Shown: positions 1 through 14,147, counted from the first letter of the whole stretch. The stretch is DNA of 61,181 nt, filler included, from 4 parts of 4 records of this genome joined end to end with filler, not necessarily neighbours in it; one strand, 5' to 3'. The notes: generated by a model from the letters alone, not told the origin. A program made the numbers and translations.

Positions 1-88
1 GTCTATCTTCGTTCCAACCCGGATCTGAAGGGTGCGGCTTGAGTAAAATAAATCTTATCTTATCTACTGCCAAATACATGTTTGACAT

Positions 89-3000
89 CTAGCCACCTGT
101 GACTATTTCACTATCATTGCTGGAACTCCTCCTCCACCAGCCGAACTTTCGTTTCGTTTTCTTCATATCCTTACTTCGTAGAACTACCTGCTTCCCTCCA
201 GACATGACTCCAGGAGCGACCAATGAGCCAATATCTTGGTCATGGTCTAAAGAATACTTGACAACCCCTGTTCTCACAATATCCTGAGCGCCTGCACAAA
301 ATTAAGTCTTAAACTCCTTCCACAAGACGAGTACTACATACATTGTGTAGCCTTTTCCAACGATATTCTCTGCCGCCTGGAACCCCTGAGGCTCCGGAAG
401 TTACTATGCTTTGCTGAGGTTGAGAACATCACGTGCTTGTCCACGGATTCTCGAGCATTGGCAGAGTCATCAATGTGCAGCAACTCCAGGAAGTCCTGTG
501 TCACATTGATGTATTCATTCGAGGCACTCCGTGCTAAGTCCAACGTATTCGCCATCCTAGTCAGATCATATCAGAAAATGCGGCCTACCATGATTTTCGT
601 ATGTACTTACTCGTCGCCGACAACATGATAATCTACTTCGCCCATTCCGCACAAAAATTCTAGGATGGCCCCGATGCCCAAACCTACACCAATGCAAAAA
701 GTGGTTTCATTCTGCGCGTTGTACTCCGCAACAACCAGATGTGCTTCCACAGCGAGACCCAGCAGGACGTTGTTCGTGTGCGGTCCTTCCTCTGCGATGC
801 CCATAGCAAGCACCATTGTATCCCCAGACATTTGAAGAACTTCTACATTACTTTGCTGCGCGGATTCCATAAGACGCTCAGCCAGGATATGCATATGATG
901 AGCGAATCGTGCATCCATAATATCCTTAGTCGCCTTAAATTGAATGACACCAAGGCTTATATCGTCATGCTCCTCAAAACGACGACGCTTCGAGGAAGTA
1001 GTCCGACGGACCTTTTCTTGATGATTCCGCTCATAAATCATCTTTACCACCCGATTTGCATACAAAGCATTGAGATATTCAAGTACTGTGTAGAGTCTAC
1101 TGTCAGCATGTGTCTCGTATTCAGCGAGAATATGGTTGATCATGTACATTCTTCTCAGAATCATATCCCGCTTAAAAGCAAATAGTGCGAACATAGCATA
1201 GATCACTGCACGAGTAATGAACCCATTTGCGCATTGATAGGCGGGAACAACACTCCATGCGACCGCCTCATTAACTAAAAAGGATCCCGCACAATAGAAT
1301 ACAGCGAATGGACAAGGAATGTTCAACGCAAAAATGCCTATGGCACACCAGAGCACATTGTATCGAATCAATGACGCTTTCGCCTTGTCTGAATCAAGGG
1401 CTGGCATATACGCCAACCCCAATGCCTGCAAAGCTGCACTCCCAAACGCTAGAGCCGACATCAACAGGAACGGATGAATATTGGACAAGATTAGTGACAA
1501 CAAAACAGATGGAGGAATCACAAGCATAAGTCCGATAAACGGAACGTAGCAACCGGTATCGTTGAGACAATTATCCCAGCCCTCCCCGTGCATGGCAACA
1601 ACTGCCATCATCCACCCCGCGACGATCAAGAGCACGACAATTAATCCTCGTACCGTCGGATTCTTAAGGAAAAACTGAATCGAAAACTTCAGGTACCTCA
1701 GCTCTCCCTTCTGAAACACCATAAAAAGAGAATTCAGACCATTTTTTTTGAATTGAAAAAAGTTGATTTTCGGGTGCAGATCGTGATATAACCCGAAAAA
1801 GGCCAGGCACCGAAACAAGAAGTGGTTCGACCAAGCATAATCCCAAGTGATTCGAAGCGAATTTTCCTCTGCCTTCGCCGAAACCGGAGGAGCAAGCAAG
1901 TCCTGAGAATCTCTCGGACCCGAGTCTGCGGCGTGGCCCCCATTGACGCCGTTCTCATTATTCTTCGTCAATCTTACTACGTACGGATCCAATGATAATT
2001 GCTTTTCCTGAATTTTTTCAGTCGAGCTGCCCTTCGCGTGTCTTTGAACCATGCCACCGACAACCATATTATCAGCCTGTGCATTGTTTACCATGGCATA
2101 CGCCTCATCAACAGCATGGCCCATTGCCACCACACGAACTTCTTCGTTTATCCCCAGCACCAATAACGACAAACTGCCACCGCCAACCCCGACTTTAACT
2201 CTACTTCCAATCCCTGGCATCCTTTTCTTAACAACCTCTTCAACAAAGTCCATGACTGAGTTAACTGATTCAGGCCATTGTCTGGGACAAAACCCCATGA
2301 ACTCTACCCCTCGCGCGGACAATCGCTCGACATTGTGTTTGAGACCAACTTCTAGTAAGCACTGGTGCCATGCTTCGACTTGAGCCTTCGCGAGCTGAAT
2401 TTGCTTTGTAGTCATGTCTGCTGGAGCACACGAGTATAGTGGCTTAATTATCACCACCGGACATCTTTCTATGGAGCTAAGGAACTTAACTCCGTTCAAA
2501 CGCCGAACATCAACAATAGGAAAATCAATCTCCTCCCAATCTCGGACGTGGTCATGGCTACTGCCGGAAGCCTCCTCTTCAATGTCGCCACCATGACCAT
2601 TTTCAGCGCTTCTGCTAGACTCATCTGTAATATCAACCAACTCATTGTAAACGGACCACGGAATATGAAGGTTCGGAATAGCCTTCATTATCTCGATATA
2701 CGATGTCACGGACTTAATCCTAGACACCAAAGACTGTTGGGCAAATACAGATCTCCTCAGTGCTAGCTCCATTATGAATCCCCCGAATAACCCACTAATA
2801 TTTAGAATGACAATCTTTCCAGCAAGGAAAAAATAGTTGTCCATAGGCGGCTTGTGGCCATGAAGCACCTCTAGCGAAAATATGACGGCTAAGAAGCAAG
2901 AGAATAGCGGTACCAACATAGAAAACCGGAATGGAATTAAGGTCCATACGTACCCCCCCCAGCAAAACAGATCCAGTATCATCATATCGTCTTTCTCATT

Positions 3001-3909
3001 GTCAATAGACCAATTGAAGAAGAAAGATAATGACACCAAAGGGAGCAAAACAGCCAACATTAAAAGGAACCGCGTATGCGTTTTCAGAAACCATGGCAAA
3101 TATGTTGTCCCTACGCCTGCAAAAAGACAAACAGCCCCCCCAATCAACATTGTTATCCAACCAGCTATCTGATACGGCTTCGCAGAGGCAGAGTTGCCAG
3201 CTTCCACAAGTGACAATAGCATCATGAGCCCGCACGTAAAAACCAAGAACATACGGTAATGTGGCTTGGAGTCACTTGACTGAATCGAGCCGAACACCTC
3301 CTCTAGCGACTTGTCCAGAAACACCATCGTTGAACCCTTAATAGCGAACACGGCCTTACTTCTTCCAGGCACGTACTTCATACCATACTGAGATATTGAC
3401 GAACCGACAGTAGAAGCCCGATCACTAGCACTGCTTGGTGCATATCGATCGCCCATCAAGACCAGGTTAGGAGCTTGTCCGGTTTCGTTCCCCAGCATTC
3501 CCAGCACAGAGTTTTTCTTAGGTTTTTTTGTTTTTGTCCCTGAACGTTCACTGCCGGAGCCCTGGGAGCCTTGGTCAAATCGCCTCAGAGATACATCCTT
3601 GAAGGATACGAGACCTCTAGAGTTGGAGGTTTGTTTTTTGGAGTCTCCAAACAGTACTTCAGTAGAGCCATTTTCTCTTGCCAGCCGCACTACTGTAGGT
3701 GCCTTTTTCATGGGAGAACCAGGAGCACTTTTGGGCTGGTTCATATCTACTACTTTGCTTTTGTTGTCTGCGGTGGTAATCTCAAGGACAGAGCTTTGTC
3801 TCTTTTGGGCCAGTTCTGTGGGGAAGCCATTCGCCTCCTCCCTTGACAGCGGCAAGCTGCGATCTGAGGCATCACGGGCCACCTCGCCACCTTTTTTGAA
3901 AAAGCCCAT
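89..3909 (-). CDS. Eukaryotic 12-TM adenylyl/guanylyl cyclase-like protein (M1-C1-M2-C2), degenerate catalytic motifs; 3 exons
   Basis: 1100-aa ORF 3909-611 with two hydrophobic multi-helix blocks, each followed by a class III cyclase-like segment (RVKVGVGGGSLSLLVLG...AMGHAVDEA; VLQMSGDTMVLAMG...IGVGLGIGAILEFLCG...YHVVGDE). GT-AG introns at 610-557 and about 343-292 (or 341-284) join it in frame to ORFs 334..555 and 89..277. Confidence 0.7.
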
Positions 3910-4511
3910 GGGAAAAAAAGTTACTGAAATCTTTCAATAACGGTCATCCTCAAAAGTAACTCCGAAGCGATACCTGCTAGTTGTTCGATTTCGCTACGTG
4001 CCATAAATTTTGGTTTATATATGATGGTGGCCAGTTGGAGTTACCCAGCGAAGCCAGGGCAACTACCTTACACAGCCCACGGCATGCTGCCAAGCGATAT
4101 GGAGTTTGACTGAGTGGCGTAGGAATGCCACCCGCGCGAAGATATTGCAGTCGAGCGTGTGCCAACTAACTCTGCTCTGTTACGCCTCAGCCATCCCCTC
4201 AACGACAGCAGGTCGGCAGACGAATTGCTGCCTGTTGCGTGGTCCGATTGTCGAGAGGTCGCTGTGGGACTTTGCCACCGGCGTGCTATCGCAGGCCGCC
4301 CTCGCAGTAGAGCTGATCAATATGAAGCGCTTGGCTGGCCGGCCGCCTGCTCTGCGCCCGTTCAGGTTGTTGAAAGAGCACCATAGGGGCGAACCGTCTG
4401 GTCTCCAGTTAAGTGCGGATCGGTCGGAGAATGGTCCCCCAAGCAAGTCCCCTGCTTGTGATCAAATCAATCCATCTCAGGGCTGTTAAATCCAGATATT
4501 CGTTATGTTGA

Positions 4512-4524
4512 GTTAGTTTGAGGG
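4512..4524 (+). promoter_or_regulatory. Shared upstream motif copy 1 (GTTAGTTTGAGGG), followed by a GC-rich island
   Basis: Matches copies at 14496 and 18523; 505 nt upstream of the RME-8 ATG. Confidence 0.45.
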
Positions 4525-5016
4525 CTTAGCCTTGGCTGCCGTGTTGGCATGTGCGGGATGAGCCGGAGGGCTGGGGCATCGAAGTGAGCCCCTCGCCACC
4601 GTCCCGGGCCACCGGTCCCCTCCGGAGGTCAGACACTCATCCGCGCCACACCGGCTGCCGGCCCGCCGGCCCTCCCCGTGTCGGGCGATCTCGCCGCCAG
4701 TGAGGGGCGAGTCGGATCACGGATGACATCCCCCAGGCTGTGAGCCCCTCGGCAGCACCTAGAAACACTGTCATTAGCTCTATGGTCTAGGTGTGTTTTC
4801 AAGAGGCTTTCGCAGTCAGTTTGGGTCTGGATTGAGTTGTCCTCGAGAACGGCCGGCGGTCGTCCTTCCCGGACTCACAACTACAGACAATCGCTCTCAC
4901 ACAGGCCACTGCGGCGGACTATCTAGGCTTTTCGCACAAATATCATTGTGTGTCAACGTTGCAACCAATCTCATCAGCTGAACTGCGATCAGAATCGTCA
5001 CATTCGCAGAGTCGAC

Positions 5017-8000
5017 ATGGCTCTTGTGAAGAAAGGTGACGCGCCGGACGATGAAACGGCCATACCCGCTGTGTTGGAGTACTCTTCAAAGTACTTTTTG
5101 ACGAAGCACTCATGGAGAGGGAAGTACAAGCGCCTGTTTGCTTTCACTGATAAGGAAATCAAGACGCTTGACCCAGCGAATAACACAGTCACCAACGCTT
5201 GGACGCTTGACTATGAGGTTCTTGGGTGCCTTCCCGGCGATGTATGTCTAGCGTTATTGGTTACTGATATGACACTCTAACTTATTGGTGAATCCCTGCA
5301 GAAAGGCGAACAGGACATTAAGTTGGAGTTGAGGAAGAAGGGCGGAGGGCAGCAGACGATGAAGTTTATATATGAACATCGTGCACACCTTCTGACTGAT
5401 TATTGTAAGGCGAAGGCTACTATTGACGATGATAAGGGACAGAAGTTTTCGCTAAACAAGATCACCCGCAACAACGAGCGCGTGCCCTTCACCTGTAAGG
5501 TGATGACCTACGGTATTCTGTTGACGAACGACGAAGGTGTCGTGCTGTCCGAATATTGCTTCAAGGACATGCAGGCTTTCGCAACGATTTCGGATGAGCA
5601 AGGCGCGTTCCTCATCTCAGTGGACGGTGGCGCGCGGTCCCACCTGCTCCTGTCCACTCCTAGTGGCAGAGACGACATCATAAAACTTGCCCAGGTGAGA
5701 CGTAGCCTGCGTTGGTTTTGAGGGGTTGTGACTGACTTCAGTGCAGGAAAATGCGCAGAAGCATATTGGCGTCAAGATTCCCAAGGGAGTATCGTCTATG
5801 CAGCATGCACAGTCTGTTCGTGTTAACGTCAAGGTTGATGAACTCGCGGCATATGCAGAGTACAGTGTGTATAAGGAAACGAAGAGATATGCGGAACCAG
5901 TGCACCGGCTCCTTGCCCTGACTGAGAAGCATGTTGTTGAGCGTGACCCTGCCACATACAGCGTTGTTGGGGCATGGGAGGCCGCGAAGATTCATAGCCT
6001 GGTGCGGTCAGAGGACGATGCGCAGCGGTTTTGCATCATATACCGGAACGGTACTGTCCGTCGATACACAAGCACGTCACGAGACAATATTTTGACCAGC
6101 ATTCTGGACCGCTGCCGTCAATACGGAAGCAAGGATGTGTGTGTTAATCCCAGCGAAAGGTCACTTCTTCTCAGGATGGAGCCAGTCTCGGGCGCTGTGC
6201 CTGATGAACTGGATATCGTCTGTGTGAAGCGACTTGCCAATGCAGTTAAGGATGCAGGGGGCAACAGCTCATCCCGTGCCACACTAATGGCAACAGTATA
6301 CGAGTTCAATCAGAACGTCCCTTATAATGGCAGCTGCTTCGACAAAAAGGGGGCGTACCGTGATATTATGAACGGATTACTTGCTCGGGTACGGCAGGTA
6401 GACAATTACGACTTCAGGGAGTCGATCGAGATTTTGTTGGCTTTGCGCCGGTGCATTGCAAGCAGATCTGGCTTTGCCGTGAGTATTGAGATCCCTACTT
6501 TCGTTCCCATCATTGTCGAGTGTATGAAATCTCGTGACCATGGCGTGGTCGCTGCGGCCCTCAGTGTGATGAGGGCGGCTGTCCGGCAGATTTCGGAACC
6601 ATGCGACTTTTACCTGGAACAAGCGAATAAGGTATGGTGGTCAATAGATTGCTAGTTTGGAGGATTTCTCACCGAAGCGCAGCGTGCCTTCTTTGGCGAT
6701 CCGACAAATTGCGGGCTGCTCATTCGCCTCGTGCACCAGTATTCCACTTCGAGCAATGGCGCTCTCGCCATTATGGAAATAGTTGAGATGCTTGAGGGTG
6801 CACTCTGCGATCCCTATCGTGAGGTGAGGTGGATAAAGGCAAATGCCCGCTTGATAGCTGATACTGTTCTGTAGACCACAGAGCTCGAGTATTTCGATGC
6901 ACTGCTAAATTTGGTTGCTGGCCTCGGCCGAACGTTGTTCCGCCTCTTCAACCACCCTTGTGCATCGGTTGTGGAAAGTGTAGGAAGTATAATGAATTCC
7001 ATTAGTGAGGACTCGCCACCAGAGATCTCTCACATGATGCAAGACGCCGCACTCATCGAGGGAGCTTTCTTGCGTCATTTCTGCCTGGCGAATTTTGCCC
7101 CCAGCATCGATCAGCGCGAGGTTTCGCGTCAGCTAGTTGCCCTTTGGGCAAGCGATAACGAGAAGACAACTGACCTGCTCATTCGAATTCTTCCTCCCGG
7201 TCTCCTGCACTATCTGAAGATGCCTCTGTGCTCCGAGGCAGAACTCGAAAACCTTCGGGTCATGGAGATATCCAGGGAAGCCGAGCTTACTCGTCGTACT
7301 GATGTCGCTGGAAACGCTGCCGAAAAGAAGAAAATGGAGCGTCTCTTTAAGCGCATCAAGCCTGGGGGTTTTAGGCGCCGCCTGTTGTCACTGACCAACA
7401 CAGCTGCAGAGAAAGTGCAAGAGGCGAGTGAAAAAGCCAAGGAGCGGATCCGCCTCATGCAGGAGGAGCGTGAGCGACGTCGGGCTGAGGGTCAGCGAGC
7501 TAGTATTGACGGCTGCATAACCCCCACAATGGAGGATCTTATGGGTGATGACGCTGAGAGTGTCCCGGAAATCAGCGAGGAAGAATTGGCACCTAAAGTT
7601 GAGAAGCCTAAGCTGAACTGGGCCATTATGTTCCACATGATCTTCGAAGACCATCAGCGTGCAGACTTAATCTGGACCGGTAGGCAGCGTGAGGAATTGA
7701 GGAACCAACTGGAGCTCGAGATCCGCATGTTTGACCATGATCAGCAGCTTGCTGGCAAGAATCAGCTCTCGTGGAATCACCTTGAATTCGAGGTCCTCTA
7801 CGAATCCTTGATCGATGAAGTCCGTGTATCAGACTACTACCTGCGCCCTCTTTTGGAGTCTGGCGTAAAGGGCACAGTCCTGTCGAACCCGGCCAAATTT
7901 TTCGATGAGTTGTATCATAGATTCTTGCTGGAATCGGATCTTGAGATCCGTGCCCTTTGCTTACGCGGGCTTGCTGCGGTGTATGGGACTTACCACTCTG

Positions 8001-11000
8001 TAATTGGACCATTCCTTGACATTCGTTACATCGTGAAGATGCTGGAGGAGTGTCTATCTCGCCCAATTCGTGATCGCTTGCTTCTTTTCTTGCAGGCCCT
8101 TATTCATTGGGGAAAGAACGCGAAGCGCTTCATTGATTGCGATGGAATTAACTTGATTGTGGAGCTTCTGACCACGGTTCATTTGGAGACAAACCGTACT
8201 GCGACACCCTTGCAACAGGAGACCCTCATGATTACTAATGCTCCAGGAGCAAAGGAAGAAGTTCCGAAGGAATGGTATTACTCCGTGAAGGACAAGCAAA
8301 TTGGGCCTGTGTGCATGGAGGAGCTCACCAAGCTCTACGAGGAAAAGGTCATCAACCCGAACACTCGGTGCTGGGCCCAGGGAATGGATAACTGGAAGAA
8401 ATTGTCGAAGATTCGCCAGCTCCGTTGGGCTCTGATGATAACCGGACCTCAGGTTCTCTCGCCTACGAGGGTGGGTCTATGCTGCTTGGATATGCTTGAG
8501 CGCTTGTGCAAACTGTACCCATCAGTTGATGAGAACGGTGATCCCATCAGGCCAGTGCCCAGGGCTAAGCGAATCCTCAGCGAGCCATACCATCTCGCCT
8601 TGGTGTCTCAGGTCTTGTGTACCCAAGATCCTCATCTTGTGGAGAAGACAGCCCGTGTGTTGACCCTCCTAACGTTCAACAACGATATTGCCATGCCCCG
8701 GCTATATCTTACAGGAGCGTTCTTCTTTGCTCTTATGTATGGTGGTAGTAATCTGCTCACGATTGCTCAGATGCTCAAGTCATGCCATACAAAGCAAAAC
8801 ATTCGCATGGATTCTGCCCGCGACGATGAGCCGCTCTCCGTTCGCAGTGTACTGACCCCGATGCTGCCGGAAGCTATGGTGCGCTTCCTAGACTATTATG
8901 CCCCAGATAAGTTCGTGGAGACATTCCTTGGGAACTTCGATACTCCTGAAGCTATCTGGAACAGTGCTATGCGCAAGCGGATGATTGCAAAGATTTACCT
9001 TCATGTAGGCGAGTTCCGTCGTAGGCTGCCGGAAAACACTTGTGCTGTGTACCAATACGTACCAATCCCCAACATTCCCTACGAAGAATTGCAAGACGAG
9101 CTTTGGTGCCATTGCTACTATCTCCGCAACCTGTGCGACACCGAGCGATTCCCGGAGTGGCCCATTCGCGATCACATTGAACTTCTCCAGGCTGTTCTGC
9201 TAGCTTGGAATTGGGAACACGACAAGGCTACTAGTGGTGGTGTGTCTATGTCGGAAGCTGAGGCATTTAAGGTACTGCAAATATCTCCCAATTCATCTGA
9301 AGATGAAATTCGCAAGCAATACCGCAAGCTCGCCTTACAGTACCATCCTGATAAGAATCCCGATGGTGTGGAAATGTTCCAGAAGATGCAAGAGGCGTAC
9401 AATGTCATTCAAAACCAAGGCGGAAAGCGCACGAATACCGAGCCCGATCCCGTTTCCATCTTGCTTATTATCAAGTGTCAAGGTATTTTCGTCCCCGGTA
9501 TTGTTGATGGCTACTGACTCTCTTTCTAGTAATTCTTTTCGATAGGTTCCCAGAGATATACGAGCCATACAAGTACGCAGGCTACGGATTGCTTATGGAT
9601 GTTCTCAAGCCCGGAGATGACGTACCAATATTTGCCGAAGAGCATGCCCCCCACATTGTGTCGGGATCCAAACTCATTTATCTCACTTGCAAGTGCTCGC
9701 CCCTCAATGCGCATGAATTGCTTGCCCGTGATGGTATTGCAGTGATGGGAAGGCTCCTTGATCGATGCATTCATGCATCTAGCCCTGAGACAGATCCGAC
9801 CGCTCCCGCAGTTCAGATTGCTACCAATCTGATGCACACGTTCGCTGGACTGGGTGCATTCCATGAGGCTCGGCCGCAAATGGCGGAACACCCTGCTCTC
9901 CTGTCCAACATTTTACATGCCACTACGTATGATCAGGCCTTCCAGTTGGTCGACCATTCTCTTTCTTGCTTGTCTAAGGTTATGTCGGATTCTGACTACC
10001 AGAATAGGATGCTGGATCTTGGTATCCTCTACCATGTGGTCCCAATTCTGTTTGGCTTTGACAAGACTGCTGAAGGAATCGAAATGGACCAGCAGGGCCG
10101 CGAGCAGCATGAGCAGCTGGCCCACAACTTCCATGCTAAGATGGCTGCACGAGTCCTGGGCAGGCTGGGAGGATACATGCTTGATAACCTAAGAACTCCC
10201 GTGAATGAGAGAGCTCAGACATGCCTCAGTCACTTGTTGACACCTCCCTTGGCCAAGATGTTCATGCGCACTGATCCATGTGACCTCCTTGGCCTATTGA
10301 CTTCCAACGTGGAGACTCCCTACATTATCTGGAACAATGAGAGCCGTGCCGACCTCACCGATTTCCTTGATCAAATGAAAACGAAGCACAAGCAATCTGG
10401 TGAGCATGATCCCATGGATTGCACCTCTGTCAAGTACAAGATCATCACAAAGGAGCTTCAAATCGGCGGGGTATTCATCAGAGTTTATAATAAGGAGGTT
10501 GGGTTCTCACTTGAAGATCCTACTGGTTTTGTTACCGCTGTTGTGGCCTGGCTATCCGATCATATGCAGCACAACCTCCAGGCACCTGAGCAGGGCACTG
10601 AGGATAAGAAGTGGAAAAAGTTCATCGAGCGCCGTCGGGCTGTAATGACAGCACTGTCGAATTGTGTTCGAACAGAAAATGGATCCGAAGGTGTCATTGC
10701 TCGTGAGGGAGCGTCCGATCTCCTCTTCCACCAGTTGCTTGTGGACGACGAACCACTGCAGAAGACTACCTTGGATATCGTTCACTTCTGCTCCAAGAAT
10801 GGAGCCTGCCAGGAGGACATGGCGACATCAATGGGAATTGCACGACTCCTATATTTGGTTCAGTTGGAACATGTGTGTTTGGAGCCTGCAATGCTTGCTC
10901 TGGGAAGCCTAGTGGGTGTCAACACCAAGCTCACGAGTCAGATAGTAGCTCGGGGATCTGTACTTTACCTCCTTGCTGTGATGTGTGGCACATCGAACGA

Positions 11001-12443
11001 TTCAATGGAAGAGCTGCGAGAGCAAGCCGCCTTTGTTCTTTCCAAGATTGTAAATGACAAGGTTCACGGTACCAAAGTCGGCATCACGCTGACCAAGTTC
11101 CTGCCCCCGGGCATCGTGAACAAGTTGAAGGACAATCCTCAAGATGCAGTGGGAATGATCGATCGTGTCCAGGAAACACCTGAGGTGAGTCTCTTTGTGT
11201 TGCATATTTTTGTTGGAAAAACATTTAACCCTTTCGTAGGTTATCTGGACAGACAATTGTCAGCAAGCACTCCGCAAGGCTGTGAAAAGCCTTCTCAAGG
11301 AGTTCATGTTAAAGCAGTTTGAGGACGAGACTCTTACTTGGGAACTGCCCCATGACTGGAAGGTATCCTACCCTGACTTTGATGACGAAGTCTTCGTTGG
11401 CGGGGTTTACCTCCGCCTCTTCCTTAAAGACCCGTCGTGGCCCCTCCGCGATTCTCGCCAATTCCTGGAGGAGCTCCTTGCAAAGTTTGTTTCCATGGGT
11501 ACCGGCAATGCCCATGATAGTATGATGGAGCTGATTACGATGAGTGTTACAAATTTGATCAAGATTCAGGTTGCTCTTGCAGACCACGTGTCTTCGCTTG
11601 GACATTTGCGTAAGTGCCATGGACATGGTGTCGCTGTGCTTACCGCCGTACTGATTGCTCTGCTGTTTAGCCAAACTCATGCAGTTTATTGGGAATAAGG
11701 AGCTCGATCCGGCCATTCGCGAATGCTCTCTCCGAATTATCCACATTCTGTCGGGATCTTCACGCTGTGCTGAGACCATGGGATCTATTGGCATTACCAT
11801 GAAGTGCATGAAGAGCTACATGGAGCCTATGGATGACAACATGGACATTGCGTTGGATGCGTTGAAGCGCATGACTGCTCAAAATGTGTGTGAGAAGGGC
11901 TGCTACTCTGAGCAGGCGCTCAAATGCGATGCCATCGAATTCTTGTTGTCTTTGCTCGATGTTGGTACTTATACCAAGGAAAACTCACCGACTGTTCGTG
12001 CACATTCCTCGGGTGTCCTGAAAAACCTTGCAAATGATATGGTCCATGGACCCCAGGTTGACGAAATCCTTGATGCGTCTCCAATCTGGGCTACCTATAA
12101 GCACCAGAAGCACGACCTCTTCCTTCCCTCCAATGTGGATACCTCTGCGGCGCCTCGCTTGCTGACTGATGGCCGTGATCATGGAATGGGCAAGCGGTTG
12201 CTTGACGCACCCCCTCCCATGATGGACGGCGGTGAAGCCGGAGCGGGCGCTTTGGTGCTGAAACCTAATCAAAAGACTGCTGAGGGGGCCACCGAGCCGA
12301 CCCATCAGGAACCCGTGAAGGCACCCACCCTCGAGGATGGTGGATCTAGTGTTGAGAAGCCCAAGCAGAAGACCACAGCAAAGACGAAGAAGTATCAGCC
12401 AGGTGGTGCTAAGACGTTTGATGAGAGCGAGTTCTTTGATTAA
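5017..12443 (+). CDS. DNAJC13: RME-8 / DnaJ homolog subfamily C member 13; 8 exons
   Basis: N-terminal TKHSWRGKYKR motif, IWN/IWT repeats, GYF_2-like domain (WYYSVKDKQIGPV...WAQGMDNW), J domain with YHPDKNP, PYKYAGY and C-terminal YKHQKHDLFLP. Introns 5242-5301, 5695-5746, 6632-6682, 6824-6874, 9483-9529, 11185-11239 and 11610-11670 restore one reading frame. Confidence 0.95.
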
Positions 12444-12620
12444 CGAGCCGATTGTAAAAGAAAGATGTGTTTTTTTATCAAGTGCATTGCATTCCTTTTT
12501 TATAAGGGCCGCCGACACCTGTTGGAACTCTAAACGCAACGAGTGCACCGAACATTTCTGGCTCTGCCACAAGCGGTCCCAAGCCATACTGTGGTGTGAG
12601 GAGTGGCATCCCGGCAGACT

Positions 12621-14147
12621 CTAAAGGTTAGCGCAGCTCTCGTATGTCGGCACAATGTACTTAATGGACATCAACGCATCGCGTCCACCACTAGCCTCAA
12701 GCGCCTGCAGAACCAGATCATATCAGACCCAGACCCCAAGCATATATAAGTTTATAACAACGCACCTGGAGCGTTTCCTCAATCTCATTATTATAATCCA
12801 TGCCATATCTCTGCGAGTAGTCGATCCTGTCACCCATGTGCTTTCGCTTTGTCACAAAGGTATTCATCACCGGCAACAACTGCCGGTAGTAAGGCACAAG
12901 TGCTGGACCAACTGCAGGATGTGAACCCGCCAGTCTAGGACCACAGTCAGTGATAAATGTAATCAGAAATGAAAGATCCAATTACCTCTGAATGAGCTTC
13001 AGCGTAAAGAGAACCACTTCCTTGTCTCGGGTATTAAGTGCTGTCCGCAATGGAAGAATAAGTTGGGGGAGGACTGGCACGATATTCCGACCGCCGACGC
13101 TGAGCAGATCATAAGAGCCAGTCCTGGCCAGGAATCGCGCAGGGTCCTTCTTTTCGCGAACACCGTCAAAGAACATGGGTAGATAGAAGTGCAGGTCAAG
13201 ATTCTGAACATCCTGGATATCAATCTGTGACACGAATAAGACACTGTCCTGAGTCCACACGCACTCCTCTTGATACCTTCCAGTGAACTTTGTTTCCCCC
13301 TGGTCTATGCAGAATCGCAATGGGAAGATCACCTCGCTCGTAGAATTTTCGGAACAATGTTGGCTCATGTAGCAAGTCCGTGCGTGTGTCCATGGCACCA
13401 GCTACATGGATTCAGTCCTGGTGAACATGCAAGGCCTGTGGCATACCTCGAGGAGGGGCCTCCCGGCCAGCAACAGCGCCTCTGACTCGAAATGCTTGAG
13501 GCGCACCGGCCCGCGGGGTGCCACGATAGCCAGGACGCACACCCTGCACCTCCATGAACTGATCCAGACTCTGCTGAGCAGACTGCGAAACTGTTAGCTC
13601 CAATTCGAAGGTTGGTCACTGAGAGTGAAGTACCCTGTGAGTGCGGTCACGCTCTGGATGGAGTGGCTGGCAGTCTTTGGGTGTCACGGGGAACTTATAG
13701 GCCGACTGCGGGCGCTTCCCCTGCGCGAACCCCAAGCGGGCTTCATAACCATCCCTAGTCTCCCTAGCCGCTACGAACACAGTCAGTATCGAATACTTAT
13801 CGCATGTAAAAGACGTACTGGCAGGGGTGCGGTCGCCGCCATTTCCATATCCCCGCGGAGTGACCGCCTTCCCAAGTTGCGCATTCCGGGCTTTGGTGCT
13901 TCTCATGAACCCTGGTTCGTTCCCACTGTGGAATTCGGGACGAGTGTACCGCGGCCCGGCAGTTTGGGGCCTCGGGCTGCTATCGATTCAGACACTGCTT
14001 TGCATTCCCCGCTGCTTGTTCTCACCTCGGCCGCACGTTTCGTTGAGCAAGTTGGTCATCAATCTGTCGCCGAATCACCTGCAGCTGCACTGTGTTGAAG
14101 TGAGGCACTGCAGCCTGTACCGAGTCGGGACCAGGTGGCAAAGGCAT
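12621..14147 (-). CDS. PACRG: Parkin co-regulated gene (PACRG) family axonemal protein with long N-terminal extension; 8 exons
   Basis: Spliced product contains [19 protein letters not shown]...KVHWK...[16 protein letters not shown]...[17 protein letters not shown]...[10 protein letters not shown]...[11 protein letters not shown]. Introns at 14025-13980, 13818-13771, 13633-13583, 13446-13402, 13276-13225, 12985-12935 and 12765-12705. The start codon is less certain than the core. Confidence 0.88.
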
